The position numbers were made by a program, and so were the translations under genes. From assembly GCA_036677065.1 (NCBI GenBank), contig JAKFBS010000004.1:384001-448000 (forward strand): a stretch of DNA of 64,000 bases, read 5' to 3'. The notes under the pieces were generated by a model. That model was given only the letters and a program-made list of their open reading frames with translations. It was not told where the DNA came from and made no database searches. The DNA is from Bdellovibrio sp. (GTDB lineage: Bacteria > Bdellovibrionota > Bdellovibrionia > Bdellovibrionales > Bdellovibrionaceae). This document shows, piece after piece, positions 39,415 through 49,295 of this stretch (positions within the stretch are counted from its first letter, which is position 1; the number at the start of each line of letters is the position of its first letter).

Positions 39415-40644
39415 ATGAACCCTACTCAAAGCCTTATTAAGTATTTACTAGTGGATTTGAATTCCTTCTTTGCCTCTTGCGAGCAGCAGGATAATCCCAA
39501 GCTTCGTAATAGGCCGATAGCGGTGGTTCCGATGGTCACCGACAGCACCAGTGTGATTGCCTCCAGCATTGAGGCTAAGCGTAAAGGCGTAAAAACTGGA
39601 ACTAGGGTTAGCGATGCGAAAAGAATGTGTCCTGGGATTATCTTTATCGAAGGTCATCACAAACGTTACACTGAATACCATCATAAAATAGTTAAAGCGG
39701 TGAATGAAGTTTGTCCGGTCGAAAAAATTTTATCTATAGATGAGGTGGCTTGCGAACTTATCGGACGCGAGATGATTGAATCCACGGCTATCGAAATTGC
39801 CAAAAAAATTAAAACCCATATTTTGCAGACTGTTGGCGATTGTTTGACGACATCTATCGGCCTTGGCCCGAATATTATGATTGCAAAGATGGCTTCAGAT
39901 TTAGTGAAGCCTGATGGATTAGTTTCTGTACCTGCAGAAAAAATCGGACAAACCTTTGATCATCTGCCGATCGAAATTATTTCGGGTGTGGGTCATAATA
40001 TGAAAAGAAATTTAAACGCTAAAGGTTTTCACACTGTCGGACAGCTACGTGCGCTTTCGCCGCAACAGTTGCGTACCGTGTGGGGCGGGATCGTTGGCCT
40101 TCGGTTATCCGAAGAATTGGCAGGGCGTAATATTCACCGCGCAGAGACCGTAACAAAAGGAATGTCGCACGAACATGTGCTGCCGCCACAATTGCGCCAT
40201 CCGCAAGGGGCGACAGAAATTTTATTAAAGCTTGCGACAAAACTTTCTGCTCGTCTGCGCGAGGGAAATCAAAAGTGCAAAACTTTAAATGTCTATATGA
40301 AAGACCAATACGGCCTTGATAGTTTAGAAAAATCGGTTTCTTTCAGTGAAACTAATGACACTTTTTTTATTTTGCAGCAGGTTAAAAATCTGACCAAAGC
40401 AGGTGCGCCAGAGCGTCCCGTTAAAGTGGCGGTTTCTGTTTCTGGTTTAACGAATGCTAATGAAGAACAGCTTAGCTTATTTGCTGACCCGAAAACGCAG
40501 AAGTTGGGTCATATTATGGATGTGATTAATAAAAAGTATGGTCCGAATACTTTGATTCCTGCTGAATTTCTTGATGTGACCGATCAGGCGAAGGTGCGAA
40601 TTTCGTTTAGTCATATTCCTAAATTAGAAGATGAATTTGAGTGA
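39415..40644 (+). CDS. dinB: Y-family DNA polymerase IV
   Basis: VDLNSFFASCEQ, ASSIEAKRKGV, SIDEV, AKMASD.VKPDG and the QLSLF clamp-binding motif. Confidence 0.92.
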   Translation: MNPTQSLIKYLLVDLNSFFASCEQQDNPKLRNRPIAVVPMVTDSTSVIASSIEAKRKGVKTGTRVSDAKRMCPGIIFIEGHHKRYTEYHHKIVKAVNEVCPVEKILSIDEVACELIGREMIESTAIEIAKKIKTHILQTVGDCLTTSIGLGPNIMIAKMASDLVKPDGLVSVPAEKIGQTFDHLPIEIISGVGHNMKRNLNAKGFHTVGQLRALSPQQLRTVWGGIVGLRLSEELAGRNIHRAETVTKGMSHEHVLPPQLRHPQGATEILLKLATKLSARLREGNQKCKTLNVYMKDQYGLDSLEKSVSFSETNDTFFILQQVKNLTKAGAPERPVKVAVSVSGLTNANEEQLSLFADPKTQKLGHIMDVINKKYGPNTLIPAEFLDVTDQAKVRISFSHIPKLEDEFE

Positions 40645-40663
40645 GAATGGGCTTAGTGTAGTG

Positions 40664-40711
40664 ACGAAGCTCGCATCCTGCTGTTGCTTCTGACGACATC
40701 CTGTCGTCAGA
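40664..40711. repeat. 48-bp two-hairpin intergenic repeat, copy 1
   Basis: ACGAAGCTCGC-ATCCT-GCTGTTGCTTCTGACGAC-ATCCT-GTCGTCAGA; homologous copy at 47942. Confidence 0.75.
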
Positions 40712-40734
40712 CCGGTTTGCGAGGGAAGGTTGTT

Positions 40735-41691
40735 ATGGAATATCGTCGTTTAGGTCAGGCTGGTCTTAAAGTTTCTGCTTTATCTTTTGGTTCTTGGGTT
40801 ACGTTTTCAAATCAGGTGGATACAAAACTTGCGGCTAACTGTATGGCTGCGGCTTATGAACATGGTGTGAATTTTTTTGATAATGCTGAAGTTTATGCCG
40901 GTGGAAAATCTGAAACTATTATGGGAGAAGTTCTAAAAAAATTAGAATGGCCCCGTATGAAATATATTGTTTCAACAAAATTTTTCTGGGGCATCACTGA
41001 TGGTCCGAATGAACGTAATACTTTAAATCGTAAATATTTATTAAATGGGATCACGGGTTCACTTAAACGTTTGCAAATGGATTACGTTGATCTTGTGTAC
41101 TGTCATAGACCTGATCCTAATACGCCTATCGAAGAAACTGTCTGGGCAATGCACGATATGATTGAGCGTGGGTATGCGCTTTATTGGGGAACATCTGAGT
41201 GGAATGCTGCTGAGATTGATCAAGCTTATCAAATCGCTGAAAAATATCATTTGCGTAAACCTGTGGTTGAACAGCCGCAGTACAATTTATTATGGCGTGA
41301 TCATGTTGAAAAAGAGTTAGCTCCGATATTTGATAAATACGGTACAGGTTTAACAACTTGGTCGCCGTTAGCTTCAGGGTTGTTAACTGGAAAATACTTA
41401 GGCGGAAATGTTCCGGAAGGTTCGCGCTTAAGTTTAGAAAGTTTAGGCTGGTTAAAAGAAGATGCACTAAGCGTTGAAAAAACTGAGAAGGTAAAAAAGT
41501 TTGTTGGCATCGCTAAAGAATATGCTTTTGATCCAGCACAATTGGCTCTGGCTTGGTGTTTGAAAAATAAAAACGTCAGCACTGTGATTACTGGCGCTTC
41601 AAAAGTAGAACAAGTCCATCACAATATGAAAGCGATGGACTTGGTTGCTAAAATTGATGCTGAGTTATTAAAGAAATTGAACTCAATCTAG
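40735..41691 (+). CDS. Aldo/keto reductase (Kv-beta-like)
   Basis: [40 protein letters not shown] and [13 protein letters not shown]. Confidence 0.93.
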   Translation: MEYRRLGQAGLKVSALSFGSWVTFSNQVDTKLAANCMAAAYEHGVNFFDNAEVYAGGKSETIMGEVLKKLEWPRMKYIVSTKFFWGITDGPNERNTLNRKYLLNGITGSLKRLQMDYVDLVYCHRPDPNTPIEETVWAMHDMIERGYALYWGTSEWNAAEIDQAYQIAEKYHLRKPVVEQPQYNLLWRDHVEKELAPIFDKYGTGLTTWSPLASGLLTGKYLGGNVPEGSRLSLESLGWLKEDALSVEKTEKVKKFVGIAKEYAFDPAQLALAWCLKNKNVSTVITGASKVEQVHHNMKAMDLVAKIDAELLKKLNSI

Positions 41692-41701
41692 GAGCGGCCG
41701 G

Positions 41702-42478
41702 CTAGGAAAACCAATACGAGCGCATTGAAATCGAACCATTCTGAATTTCGTTGTAAACGACTTCGGGTGGGTTTATTCGATTTTCAAAACTGGCTCCTAG
41801 GCAATACACCAGTGGTAAAAAATGTTCTGGCGTTGGTACGGCTAATTTGCCAGCAGGGTGTTTGTCCCAGCTTTCAATTAAATTTTGATCGTCGCGATTT
41901 TTTACCTGTTGGTGAACCCAATGGTCAAAATCTGAACTCCACGGCATGACCGGAGCTTTTTCTTTCCAGTCAAAGTTTCGTAAGTTATGCACGATATTGC
42001 CAGAACCTAAAATTAAAATACCTTGCTCGCGCAAATCTGCAAGCTTTTCAGCTAAGCGGTAATGTTCGGTGAAAGATTTGCTGCGGTCTAAACTTAATTG
42101 CACAACTGGAATATCAGCTTTCGGAAAAAGGTGAACTAACGTCGACCACGCTCCATGATCTAAACCCCAGCTATTTTCTGCAGGCTTAATTCCAAGTTCT
42201 GATTTTTTATCAAACATTTGTGGATATCCTGGTGGCTGATATTTAATTTCATACAACTCATCAGGAAACCCAGACATATCATAGATCTGTTTGGGTTTTG
42301 TATCCGCCGTAAAGTAGGTACCATGAGCAGTCTCCCAGTGAGCAGAAACCATTAAGATCGCTTTCGGTGGATTTTTTAATAATCTTTCACCTAAATCATT
42401 TAATGTTCTTGAATACTCGTTATCAGCTAGCGCATTCATCGGTGAACCGTGGCCAATAAATAAAACGGGCTGTCTCAT
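41702..42478 (-). CDS. ygiD: 4,5-DOPA extradiol dioxygenase (YgiD/LigB family)
   Basis: FIGHGSPMN, SAHW, WGLDHGAW, GSGNIVHNL and PTPEHFLPL. Confidence 0.9.
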   Translation of the reverse strand: MRQPVLFIGHGSPMNALADNEYSRTLNDLGERLLKNPPKAILMVSAHWETAHGTYFTADTKPKQIYDMSGFPDELYEIKYQPPGYPQMFDKKSELGIKPAENSWGLDHGAWSTLVHLFPKADIPVVQLSLDRSKSFTEHYRLAEKLADLREQGILILGSGNIVHNLRNFDWKEKAPVMPWSSDFDHWVHQQVKNRDDQNLIESWDKHPAGKLAVPTPEHFLPLVYCLGASFENRINPPEVVYNEIQNGSISMRSYWFS

Positions 42479-42499
42479 GGTGTCCTCCTTACGCATTAA

Positions 42500-43114
42500 C
42501 TATTTGGCTTTTGCACCCTGTACTTTTAAAGAAATTGTTACTTCATCACCGACCACGGGGCCAACCTCAACGGCTTTGCTCCATTTTAAACCGAACTGTT
42601 GACGGTTAATTTTTGTCGAAGCATTGAAAGCTGCTTTTTCGTTACCGTAGGCATCTTTAACTACACCTAAAAATTTACCATCTAAAGTCACTTCTTTAGT
42701 TTTATCTTTAATTGTTAAATCACCGACGACTTTAAAATTTTCGGCAGTGCCTGTGATTTTTTTACTTTTGAATGTCATTTTCGGATATTTAGCGACATCA
42801 AAAAAATCTGCGCTTTTTAAATGTTTATCGCGGTCGCCATTTGAGGTGTCGATCGTTGATACATCAATTGAAGCTGTTACTTTTGAATCGGTGAATTTAT
42901 CAGCTAATTCAATTTCGCCGTCAAATTTGGTAAAGCGGCCTTCGACTGTTGAAATCACTAAGTGGGGGATTTCAAAGCCTACTTTTGAATGCGCTTCATC
43001 TAAAGTGTATTTGCCGGCTTGGCTTGAAGCCGCAGCTTTTTTGTCAGCAGCTTGAGTTGTAAAACCTAAAGTACTGATAGCTAATGCGATTAATAGTGTT
43101 TGTTTGTGGTTCAT
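42500..43114 (-). CDS. yceI: YceI family periplasmic protein
   Basis: Signal peptide; AHSKVGF, RDKHLKSADFFD and GDLTIK; AGGAG RBS. Confidence 0.92.
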   Translation of the reverse strand: MNHKQTLLIALAISTLGFTTQAADKKAAASSQAGKYTLDEAHSKVGFEIPHLVISTVEGRFTKFDGEIELADKFTDSKVTASIDVSTIDTSNGDRDKHLKSADFFDVAKYPKMTFKSKKITGTAENFKVVGDLTIKDKTKEVTLDGKFLGVVKDAYGNEKAAFNASTKINRQQFGLKWSKAVEVGPVVGDEVTISLKVQGAKAK

Positions 43115-43203
43115 AGTGTTTCTCCTTAAAAAAAACGTTTTGTTCAATTGAGTTAAGTATCGCCCGAAATTCAGTGTTGCAAAAGACCCTATAATTGGAA
43201 ATA

Positions 43204-43225
43204 ATTGTTCCAATAGTGGAACAAT
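43204..43225. promoter_or_regulatory. Putative LysR operator
   Basis: Perfect inverted repeat ATTGTTCCA-N4-TGGAACAAT between divergent lysR and yceI. Confidence 0.65.
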
Positions 43226-43241
43226 GTGAGGGCTTTCAAGA

Positions 43242-44138
43242 ATGGAACAACTGGGTTTAGATCTGAATCTTGCTAAAATTTACGTCAAAGTGATCGAATA
43301 CAAGAGCTTTAGCCAGGCGGCGCGTATGTTGCGTATGCCAAAGTCGACGATTTCGCGCTCGGTCAGTCAGTTAGAAAAAGACTTAGGTATTCAGTTAATT
43401 CTTAGAACAACTCGTCAATTCAGTATGACTCACCAAGGTGAAACATTCTATCACGACTGCAAACACCTCCTGGGCGATTTTGAAGTTAAGGTGAATCAGC
43501 TGATAGAAAGCAAAAAAGGTGCTAAGGGAACCGTTCGCGTAACAGCGCCGTTAGATCTTGGGGTCGCTGTGTTAAATCCGCTGATCATAGAATTCACTGA
43601 AAGCTACCCCTTAGTTGAAATTGAAGTCGATTATTCAGATGAAGTTGTAAATTTAGTGCGTGAAGGATTTGATTTAGCTTTAAGAATCGGAACCCCGAAA
43701 GACAGTCGTTTAAAAATGAAAAAAATCGGCGAGTCTTCTTTTTCAGTGATGGCCACTAATGAGTTTTGGCAGCGCCATGGTTATCCGCAAAAGCCCCAAG
43801 ACTTAGATGAATTGCCCTATATGCATTTCAGCCGGTTCGGGCGATCAATTCGATTTAGCAATGGCAAAGAGAGTTTCAGCATTAAAAATGAACCGCGCAT
43901 TACAATCAATAATTTAGAATCGTTAAAAAGTATCGTGCTGGCATCGCAAGGGTTTAGTCTAATTCCAGATTTTTTTGCAAAGGCAGAAGTGCAAAAAGGA
44001 ATATTAGAGGTGGCCTTAAAGTCTTATAAGGCTGTCGCCGCTCCGATTTACTGGGCGATGCCAGAGCATAAAGAAAATGCTCTGGTGATTAAAAATTTTA
44101 GGGAGTTTATTACCCCTAAAATTCGGATGAGTTTATAG
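43242..44138 (+). CDS. LysR family transcriptional regulator
   Basis: SFSQAA..L...KSTISR...LEKDLG..L..RTTR HTH; EGFDLALRIG. Confidence 0.95.
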   Translation: MEQLGLDLNLAKIYVKVIEYKSFSQAARMLRMPKSTISRSVSQLEKDLGIQLILRTTRQFSMTHQGETFYHDCKHLLGDFEVKVNQLIESKKGAKGTVRVTAPLDLGVAVLNPLIIEFTESYPLVEIEVDYSDEVVNLVREGFDLALRIGTPKDSRLKMKKIGESSFSVMATNEFWQRHGYPQKPQDLDELPYMHFSRFGRSIRFSNGKESFSIKNEPRITINNLESLKSIVLASQGFSLIPDFFAKAEVQKGILEVALKSYKAVAAPIYWAMPEHKENALVIKNFREFITPKIRMSL

Positions 44139-45050
44139 AAGTAAAAGCATACTGGCGATGCCAGAATAGAATTTGATTTGGCGATCACGAATCACATGCG
44201 GATTGCGCACACCTAACAAATAGAAGTGACGGTAATCTAAACACTGTTCCCAGTGCTCTAAATTAAGAACAAAAGATTTATCAGAACGTACTTTATTTAA
44301 AGTTTTTTCTGTTGTCGGGATATTGGTCGTCCAAGTAGCCGATGCGAAACTGACAATACCATCTGATGGGCCTGTGATAAAGGCATCAGTCACACTCAAT
44401 ACGGCAGTCATGTTAGCTGCATTGGTGATATCCCAGTTAACGGGTTGGTAGCCACCGTAAGCGATAATTTTAAGAGTTGAAGGTACACGCACAGATTGAA
44501 TAAACTTTTGCACATACGGTGTAGTTAACTGGCGAAGACCATCTAAGCGGGCTAAATCCATTAAAGCTCTGAATGGCCAAGAGTTCTCACGCCATTTTTC
44601 GACGAACTCAACACCATTAAATGGAGTACTTACCGTAACAAGTGTCTTAATATAGCGGGCGCCTTTATTGATCGCGTATAAAGCGTATAATCCACCAGCA
44701 CTGTGGCCGATCACATTTACTTCAGCATTAGGCGCCAGCTGTTTAAGGTTTACGAATAACTTTAAAACGCGTTCGCCATTATCTTCGATAGTGCCAACAG
44801 GGTTTAGTTTTTGCGCAATCACTACAGTGTAGCCCTTGCTTTGCATGGCTTGAACGATATCGCCTGAAAAATACTCTGGCGCGAACGTATTGAAAAAGCC
44901 TGGCACAAACACAGCGATGCGTTTTGTACTGGCTGACAATGTGTCGGTCGTTAAGATTTGGTCATTATTTGATTCTAATAATTGAGCATTAACAAACAGT
45001 GGCGAAAACACCACAGACAGAATCAAAACTAAAGATGTAAGTTTTACCAT
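44133..45050 (-). CDS. Secreted lipase/esterase
   Basis: Signal peptide; GHSAGG, STPFNG, SDGIV and LEH. Confidence 0.85.
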   Translation of the reverse strand: MVKLTSLVLILSVVFSPLFVNAQLLESNNDQILTTDTLSASTKRIAVFVPGFFNTFAPEYFSGDIVQAMQSKGYTVVIAQKLNPVGTIEDNGERVLKLFVNLKQLAPNAEVNVIGHSAGGLYALYAINKGARYIKTLVTVSTPFNGVEFVEKWRENSWPFRALMDLARLDGLRQLTTPYVQKFIQSVRVPSTLKIIAYGGYQPVNWDITNAANMTAVLSVTDAFITGPSDGIVSFASATWTTNIPTTEKTLNKVRSDKSFVLNLEHWEQCLDYRHFYLLGVRNPHVIRDRQIKFYSGIASMLLLL

Positions 45051-45261
45051 GTATCCCCCCCGGAAAACCTTGTGAAACTTGGGTAAGAACCTAAGCTTAG
45101 GAACCTTGGGCTGTCACTAACGGTGAATGAAAAAACAAAAATTAGAGTTAAAAACCTATAAAATTCACCTTAACGTAAATTTGACATGTTGCGACATCGC
45201 TTGAAATAGAGTATAAAGGTAGGCGTCTCAGAACACACACGGACCTTTGGGGGTACAATAT

Positions 45262-45834
45262 ATGTCAAACACGGAATCAACTCCGACAGCACCAGCTATT
45301 AACGTTAAAGATACTGGTAGAACAAAAGAAGACGAAATCGAAATTAATGATGAAGATGAATTAGAATCAGCAGGCAAGGTTCACGACCGTTTCGGTGGTG
45401 ATGATGATATCGCAGTAGATGCAGGCTTAGATAACACACAAGCTTTAAACTTATTATCTGAAGAAGATGAAGACTTTAACTTTGATGCTGTAGAAAACAT
45501 TTTAGAACTTCCTGAAAATGAATTTCCTAAATTTACTCTGGCAAAAAATAAAGCGCGCTTTTTACGTATGGTATCTTGGTACCGTCAAAAAGAAGAGTGG
45601 ATTGAAGTAGCTCCTTTATCTGGAGTGCAAAAGCTTTTCAAACAACAAACTAAAGAGCTTGAAGGCATCCGCGCATCTAAAATGGATTACGAAATGGAGC
45701 TTGAGACAGGAACATTAACTCCGTCACAACGTTCTTACAAACGTGACGAATTAAAAATGTGCCGCGTACAAGAGAAAATGGCTGTTCACTTAATCTCTAA
45801 GTTACAGTTAAAAATCAAATCTGGCCGCAGATAG
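45262..45834 (+). CDS. Hypothetical cytoplasmic protein, acidic N-half and basic helical C-half
   Basis: GGGGG RBS; codon usage looks like that of highly expressed genes. Confidence 0.75.
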   Translation: MSNTESTPTAPAINVKDTGRTKEDEIEINDEDELESAGKVHDRFGGDDDIAVDAGLDNTQALNLLSEEDEDFNFDAVENILELPENEFPKFTLAKNKARFLRMVSWYRQKEEWIEVAPLSGVQKLFKQQTKELEGIRASKMDYEMELETGTLTPSQRSYKRDELKMCRVQEKMAVHLISKLQLKIKSGRR

Positions 45835-45885
45835 TATCGCCAGATAACATTTGAACGAATAATTAAAACGGATCATGATAAAAAC

Positions 45886-46602
45886 ATGATCCGTTTTTTA
45901 TTTCTGGCGCTATTACTTATTTCTCACGGCTTGATGGCTGCGACCATTCAAGGTTTTAGCGATGAGCATTTCTACCCCATGGCAGAGCGGGCTCGCGGAC
46001 AAAAATCAAAAAACTTATTAATTGCCGGCGCTATTCTTTCAGCGGCTAGTTACGATAAACAGTATGAAATTCCAAAAGCCACCGAGAGCCAAATTAAAAT
46101 GGGCGAAGATTTGGGTGGGGGAGTGTTCTCTGGTCTTATCATCGCTTCACAATATATCTTTGATAGTGATACTTATAATTACCAATCGCATTTGCGCGGC
46201 TTAGCTTACGATATTGGTTTTGTCTTTGGAATGAAGGCGCTTTTGCATGGGCGCTGGCCCGGGGCCAATTATGATTATCAAGCTTTTCCCTCAGCGCATG
46301 CATCGATTGCATTTATGAGCGCGACAAGTTTGACCTACGCTTATGGCTGGCCAATGGCCATCATTGCATACCCTGCAGCAACGTTCGTCGCGTATTCGCG
46401 CTTAGGATATGATTGCACTCGCATGTCAGATGTTATCGCAGGAGCTACAATCGGTATCTGGCTTGGCAGAGCAAGCTACTATGAAAATGTAGAGGCCGCG
46501 AAAGATATTCGTCTGCAGAAGAATCCAAAGCTATCAACGCTTGAAGTTTTTCCGATTTTCTCAGCCAATCAAATTGGAACAGTCATTTATTACTCATTTT
46601 AG
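45886..46602 (+). CDS. PAP2 family phosphatase
   Basis: FPSAHAS and SR...SDVIAGA motifs; C1 motif reads K...GRWP and C3 lacks the usual His. Confidence 0.75.
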   Translation: MIRFLFLALLLISHGLMAATIQGFSDEHFYPMAERARGQKSKNLLIAGAILSAASYDKQYEIPKATESQIKMGEDLGGGVFSGLIIASQYIFDSDTYNYQSHLRGLAYDIGFVFGMKALLHGRWPGANYDYQAFPSAHASIAFMSATSLTYAYGWPMAIIAYPAATFVAYSRLGYDCTRMSDVIAGATIGIWLGRASYYENVEAAKDIRLQKNPKLSTLEVFPIFSANQIGTVIYYSF

Positions 46603-46698
46603 TCCTAGTCTCACGACCAGAAAATTTTGTTTTGAGTCGCTCTACGCGGCTTAAAATCGTTATAAGCATTTATTCTTAATTAAATTTGAATCAGCCCC

Positions 46699-46725
46699 TA
46701 AAGGTTTTCTATTTCATTCCGATAC
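46699..46725 (+). promoter_or_regulatory. sigma28 promoter
   Basis: TAAAG-N14-TCCGATAC upstream of the Fis-type HTH gene. Confidence 0.55.
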
Positions 46726-46830
46726 ATTCATTGTGAGTCGTTTGAATCATACAGGTACAAAAGACTTTAGATTTTTAGCTTAATGTTTTTTAAATGGCGT
46801 AATGCCAAGACGATTAAAGAGGGAGGCCTA

Positions 46831-47268
46831 ATGGCTCGATCATTTGTATACATTGTATCAGAGAATCCTGAAGTCGTTGAGAAGGTAAAAAAATCTTGCG
46901 AAGGTCAAGATGTTAACTTTTTCAATTATTCAGGGCCGCAATGGAGAGAAGGAATGGACAATCCATTCTTCAGAACACAACTAACTAACGGTGTTCCAGC
47001 TCTTACTGCCGGTTTAACACCCATCACTCATGAAGGTGGAAACAACGTAGTTTCTTTCCCTCAGGCTTCTTCTGGTCAAACAGAAAAAGTGCAGAAGATG
47101 GAAGACATGGAAGCTCGTGCTATCGAAGCTGCTATTTACCAATATAAAGGTAATTTAACAGAAGCGGCAAAAGCATTAGGCATTGGCCGTGCGACTCTTT
47201 ATCGTAAAGTAAAACAATATCACATCGACCCCTCCCAAGCTCGACGTCGTAAGTTAGTAGCTGCCTAG
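46831..47268 (+). CDS. Stand-alone Fis-type HTH (HTH_8) protein
   Basis: GGAGG RBS; E...I..A....KGNLTEAAKALGIGRATLYRKVKQY; no AAA+ domain. Confidence 0.85.
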   Translation: MARSFVYIVSENPEVVEKVKKSCEGQDVNFFNYSGPQWREGMDNPFFRTQLTNGVPALTAGLTPITHEGGNNVVSFPQASSGQTEKVQKMEDMEARAIEAAIYQYKGNLTEAAKALGIGRATLYRKVKQYHIDPSQARRRKLVAA

Positions 47269-47351
47269 CCTTTGGCTAGGGTGTAGCAGCTTAATCGCAG
47301 TTACACACTGTTACTATTCGCGACCGATATTTGATTTAATCAAAATGAAAC

Positions 47352-47389
47352 ATACGGCTGGACCTTTGGTCTGGCCGTATCGTTTTTTT
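47352..47389 (+). terminator. Rho-independent terminator
   Basis: ATACGGCTGGACC-TTT-GGTCTGGCCGTAT followed by a T tract. Confidence 0.75.
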
Positions 47390-47432
47390 GGCGTTTGTAT
47401 GAGAGAATTATCTATAAGCTCACGGAGAGAAT

Positions 47433-47942
47433 ATGACTAAACCAAATAAAATTTTTGCGGCTCTTGTAGGTGTTATCGCGATCGCTTTTACGACTCATTA
47501 CTTTTTTGTAAGTAGCATTGAAGAAAATGATCGTGAAGTCGCTAGTTTTGGTGAACGTAATTCTGTGGATCAAATTAAATGGGAACATAACTTAGCCCGT
47601 GATTTAGCAGCAGGAAAAGTAAAAACCCAATTGCCTTCGCAAGTTTCTTGGCAAGATGTTTTCGTTTATGAATTCTTACGTGGCCAATACAATATTTCTT
47701 TGAAACAAGGTCAGATTGACCGCATCACTTTGCAAGACCAACATGAAGGTTTTGCCATTGATGTAAATCAGTTTATGAAAGACTACGGCTCTAAGATGAA
47801 AAACTTCACGAAATTCGAAGTTAAAAAAATCGATGCTAAGCAAGATATCGTCGAGCTAATGGATGCTTCTGGGCATGATGCTGGCGCGTTTTTGTTTAAC
47901 CGCAATGACCAAGGTCGAGTGACTGAAATAGTCGTTCAATAA
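47433..47942 (+). CDS. Membrane-anchored hypothetical protein
   Basis: GGAG RBS; N-terminal TM segment followed by REVAS. Confidence 0.72.
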   Translation: MTKPNKIFAALVGVIAIAFTTHYFFVSSIEENDREVASFGERNSVDQIKWEHNLARDLAAGKVKTQLPSQVSWQDVFVYEFLRGQYNISLKQGQIDRITLQDQHEGFAIDVNQFMKDYGSKMKNFTKFEVKKIDAKQDIVELMDASGHDAGAFLFNRNDQGRVTEIVVQ

Positions 47943-47989
47943 CGAAGCTACCATCCGTGGCGAACTTCTGACGGCGTCCTGCCGTCAGA
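47942..47989. repeat. 48-bp two-hairpin intergenic repeat, copy 2
   Basis: ACGAAGCTACC-ATCCGT-GGCGAACTTCTGACGGC-GTCCT-GCCGTCAGA. Confidence 0.75.
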
Positions 47990-48050
47990 TCAAGTTAAAA
48001 ATTTTTAAAATTAGACTCTGTTTTTCCTCTGAAATACCGATAAATTTAGT

Positions 48051-49295
48051 ATGGTATTTCCAGATTTAAATACATTTGAAATTTCTGAACAAAAACATAA
48101 ACCGTTGGTGCCGATTCGTGTTCTTTCATTCGTGATTGATTACTTTATTTTTGCACCGGTGATCAGCTTTCTGATTTTAGTTTTTTTTCACAGTGGGGTA
48201 GACATCTACCGCAGTTTTCCGAAATCGGCTGAAGCACAATCTGTTTTTGGGTATTTAGTTGTTGGCTACGTGATTTTGTCGACGTTTTTTCAGGCGCTGT
48301 TTATATCGTTTATCGGCGCGACACCTGGGCAGTATTTTTTAAAACTTAAAGTTGAATTTAAAAATACGCAGTATCCGATTTTTTTACAGGCCTGGGCCCG
48401 CCAGTTTGGTTTTGTGATTAGTTTTTTATTTTTAGGTATTCCATTTTTAAAAGCCTTAGCTGATGAAAACGGGCAGTGCTTTTATGAAAAGATGACTGAA
48501 TCTCAGTTAGTGTCGCGTTGGCCGATGGATCGTGATTCTTATTTTTTTAAAGCCATTGATGTTGATCGTAAATTTTGGTCGGCTTCGCTGGCAACGATCA
48601 GTTCATTTTTAATTGCTCTGGGGCTAGTGATGTTTTGGAAGAACTATCAGTATGTTCTTACGTCTCCTGACACTTATGCAAAGATCAAAGCCAAGAAAAA
48701 ATCTTGTACAGAGTTTGTACATTTGGATTCAACTGATCGCCTACGTTATGCCATTGCGATGAATTTAGTTGGCACAGTCAGCGATGCCTGCCTTGATCAG
48801 GAAGCTGATTTTGTCTTATGGCGTAATTTTACAGATGACCGCGCCTTAGCTTATTTTGCTAAGTTTGTTTCTAGTAATAATGATCGTTTAGAAAGTAAAT
48901 ATTTAAAGCAGGCCTGCACAGAAGATGAATCTTCTGAAGGTTGTTACTGGGCCACTACATTTACCGAAAATAACTTCGCGGCGATTCGTAATAAGCCTGA
49001 AATGGCCAGAACCTTGTTAGGTAAAGTTTTACTTTATGAATTTGCATCTAAAGGTAATACGAAAAAACGTCTTCAGGCTTTTAATGATTTAAAAGAATAC
49101 GTTAATTTTAAAAGTGTGAAGAAGTATCTTCTGTTAGAAAATTTAAATTTAAATTTAAATAATGATATGGAAGAATTAACAGCTAAAACTACTCTGCAAG
49201 ATCCAAAATCACGCCGTCCTGCTAATTTTGAGCCTTTGAAAAAAGAACCTCTGTTAGACAGCGATGAAATTAAAACGCTGATCGAGGATTTATGA
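48051..49295 (+). CDS. RDD-domain membrane protein with a large Cys-containing extracytoplasmic domain
   Basis: RVLSFVID, GATPGQYFLKLKV and Q.FYEK motifs. Confidence 0.78.
   Translation: MVFPDLNTFEISEQKHKPLVPIRVLSFVIDYFIFAPVISFLILVFFHSGVDIYRSFPKSAEAQSVFGYLVVGYVILSTFFQALFISFIGATPGQYFLKLKVEFKNTQYPIFLQAWARQFGFVISFLFLGIPFLKALADENGQCFYEKMTESQLVSRWPMDRDSYFFKAIDVDRKFWSASLATISSFLIALGLVMFWKNYQYVLTSPDTYAKIKAKKKSCTEFVHLDSTDRLRYAIAMNLVGTVSDACLDQEADFVLWRNFTDDRALAYFAKFVSSNNDRLESKYLKQACTEDESSEGCYWATTFTENNFAAIRNKPEMARTLLGKVLLYEFASKGNTKKRLQAFNDLKEYVNFKSVKKYLLLENLNLNLNNDMEELTAKTTLQDPKSRRPANFEPLKKEPLLDSDEIKTLIEDL

Noticed and set aside
42747..43055. Antisense ORFs over yceI and similar short shadows (e.g. 472-756, 10502-10861, 19159-19530, 30608-30964, 53449-53736, 63480-63785)
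   Set aside because: They lie opposite well-supported genes and have no RBS or motifs
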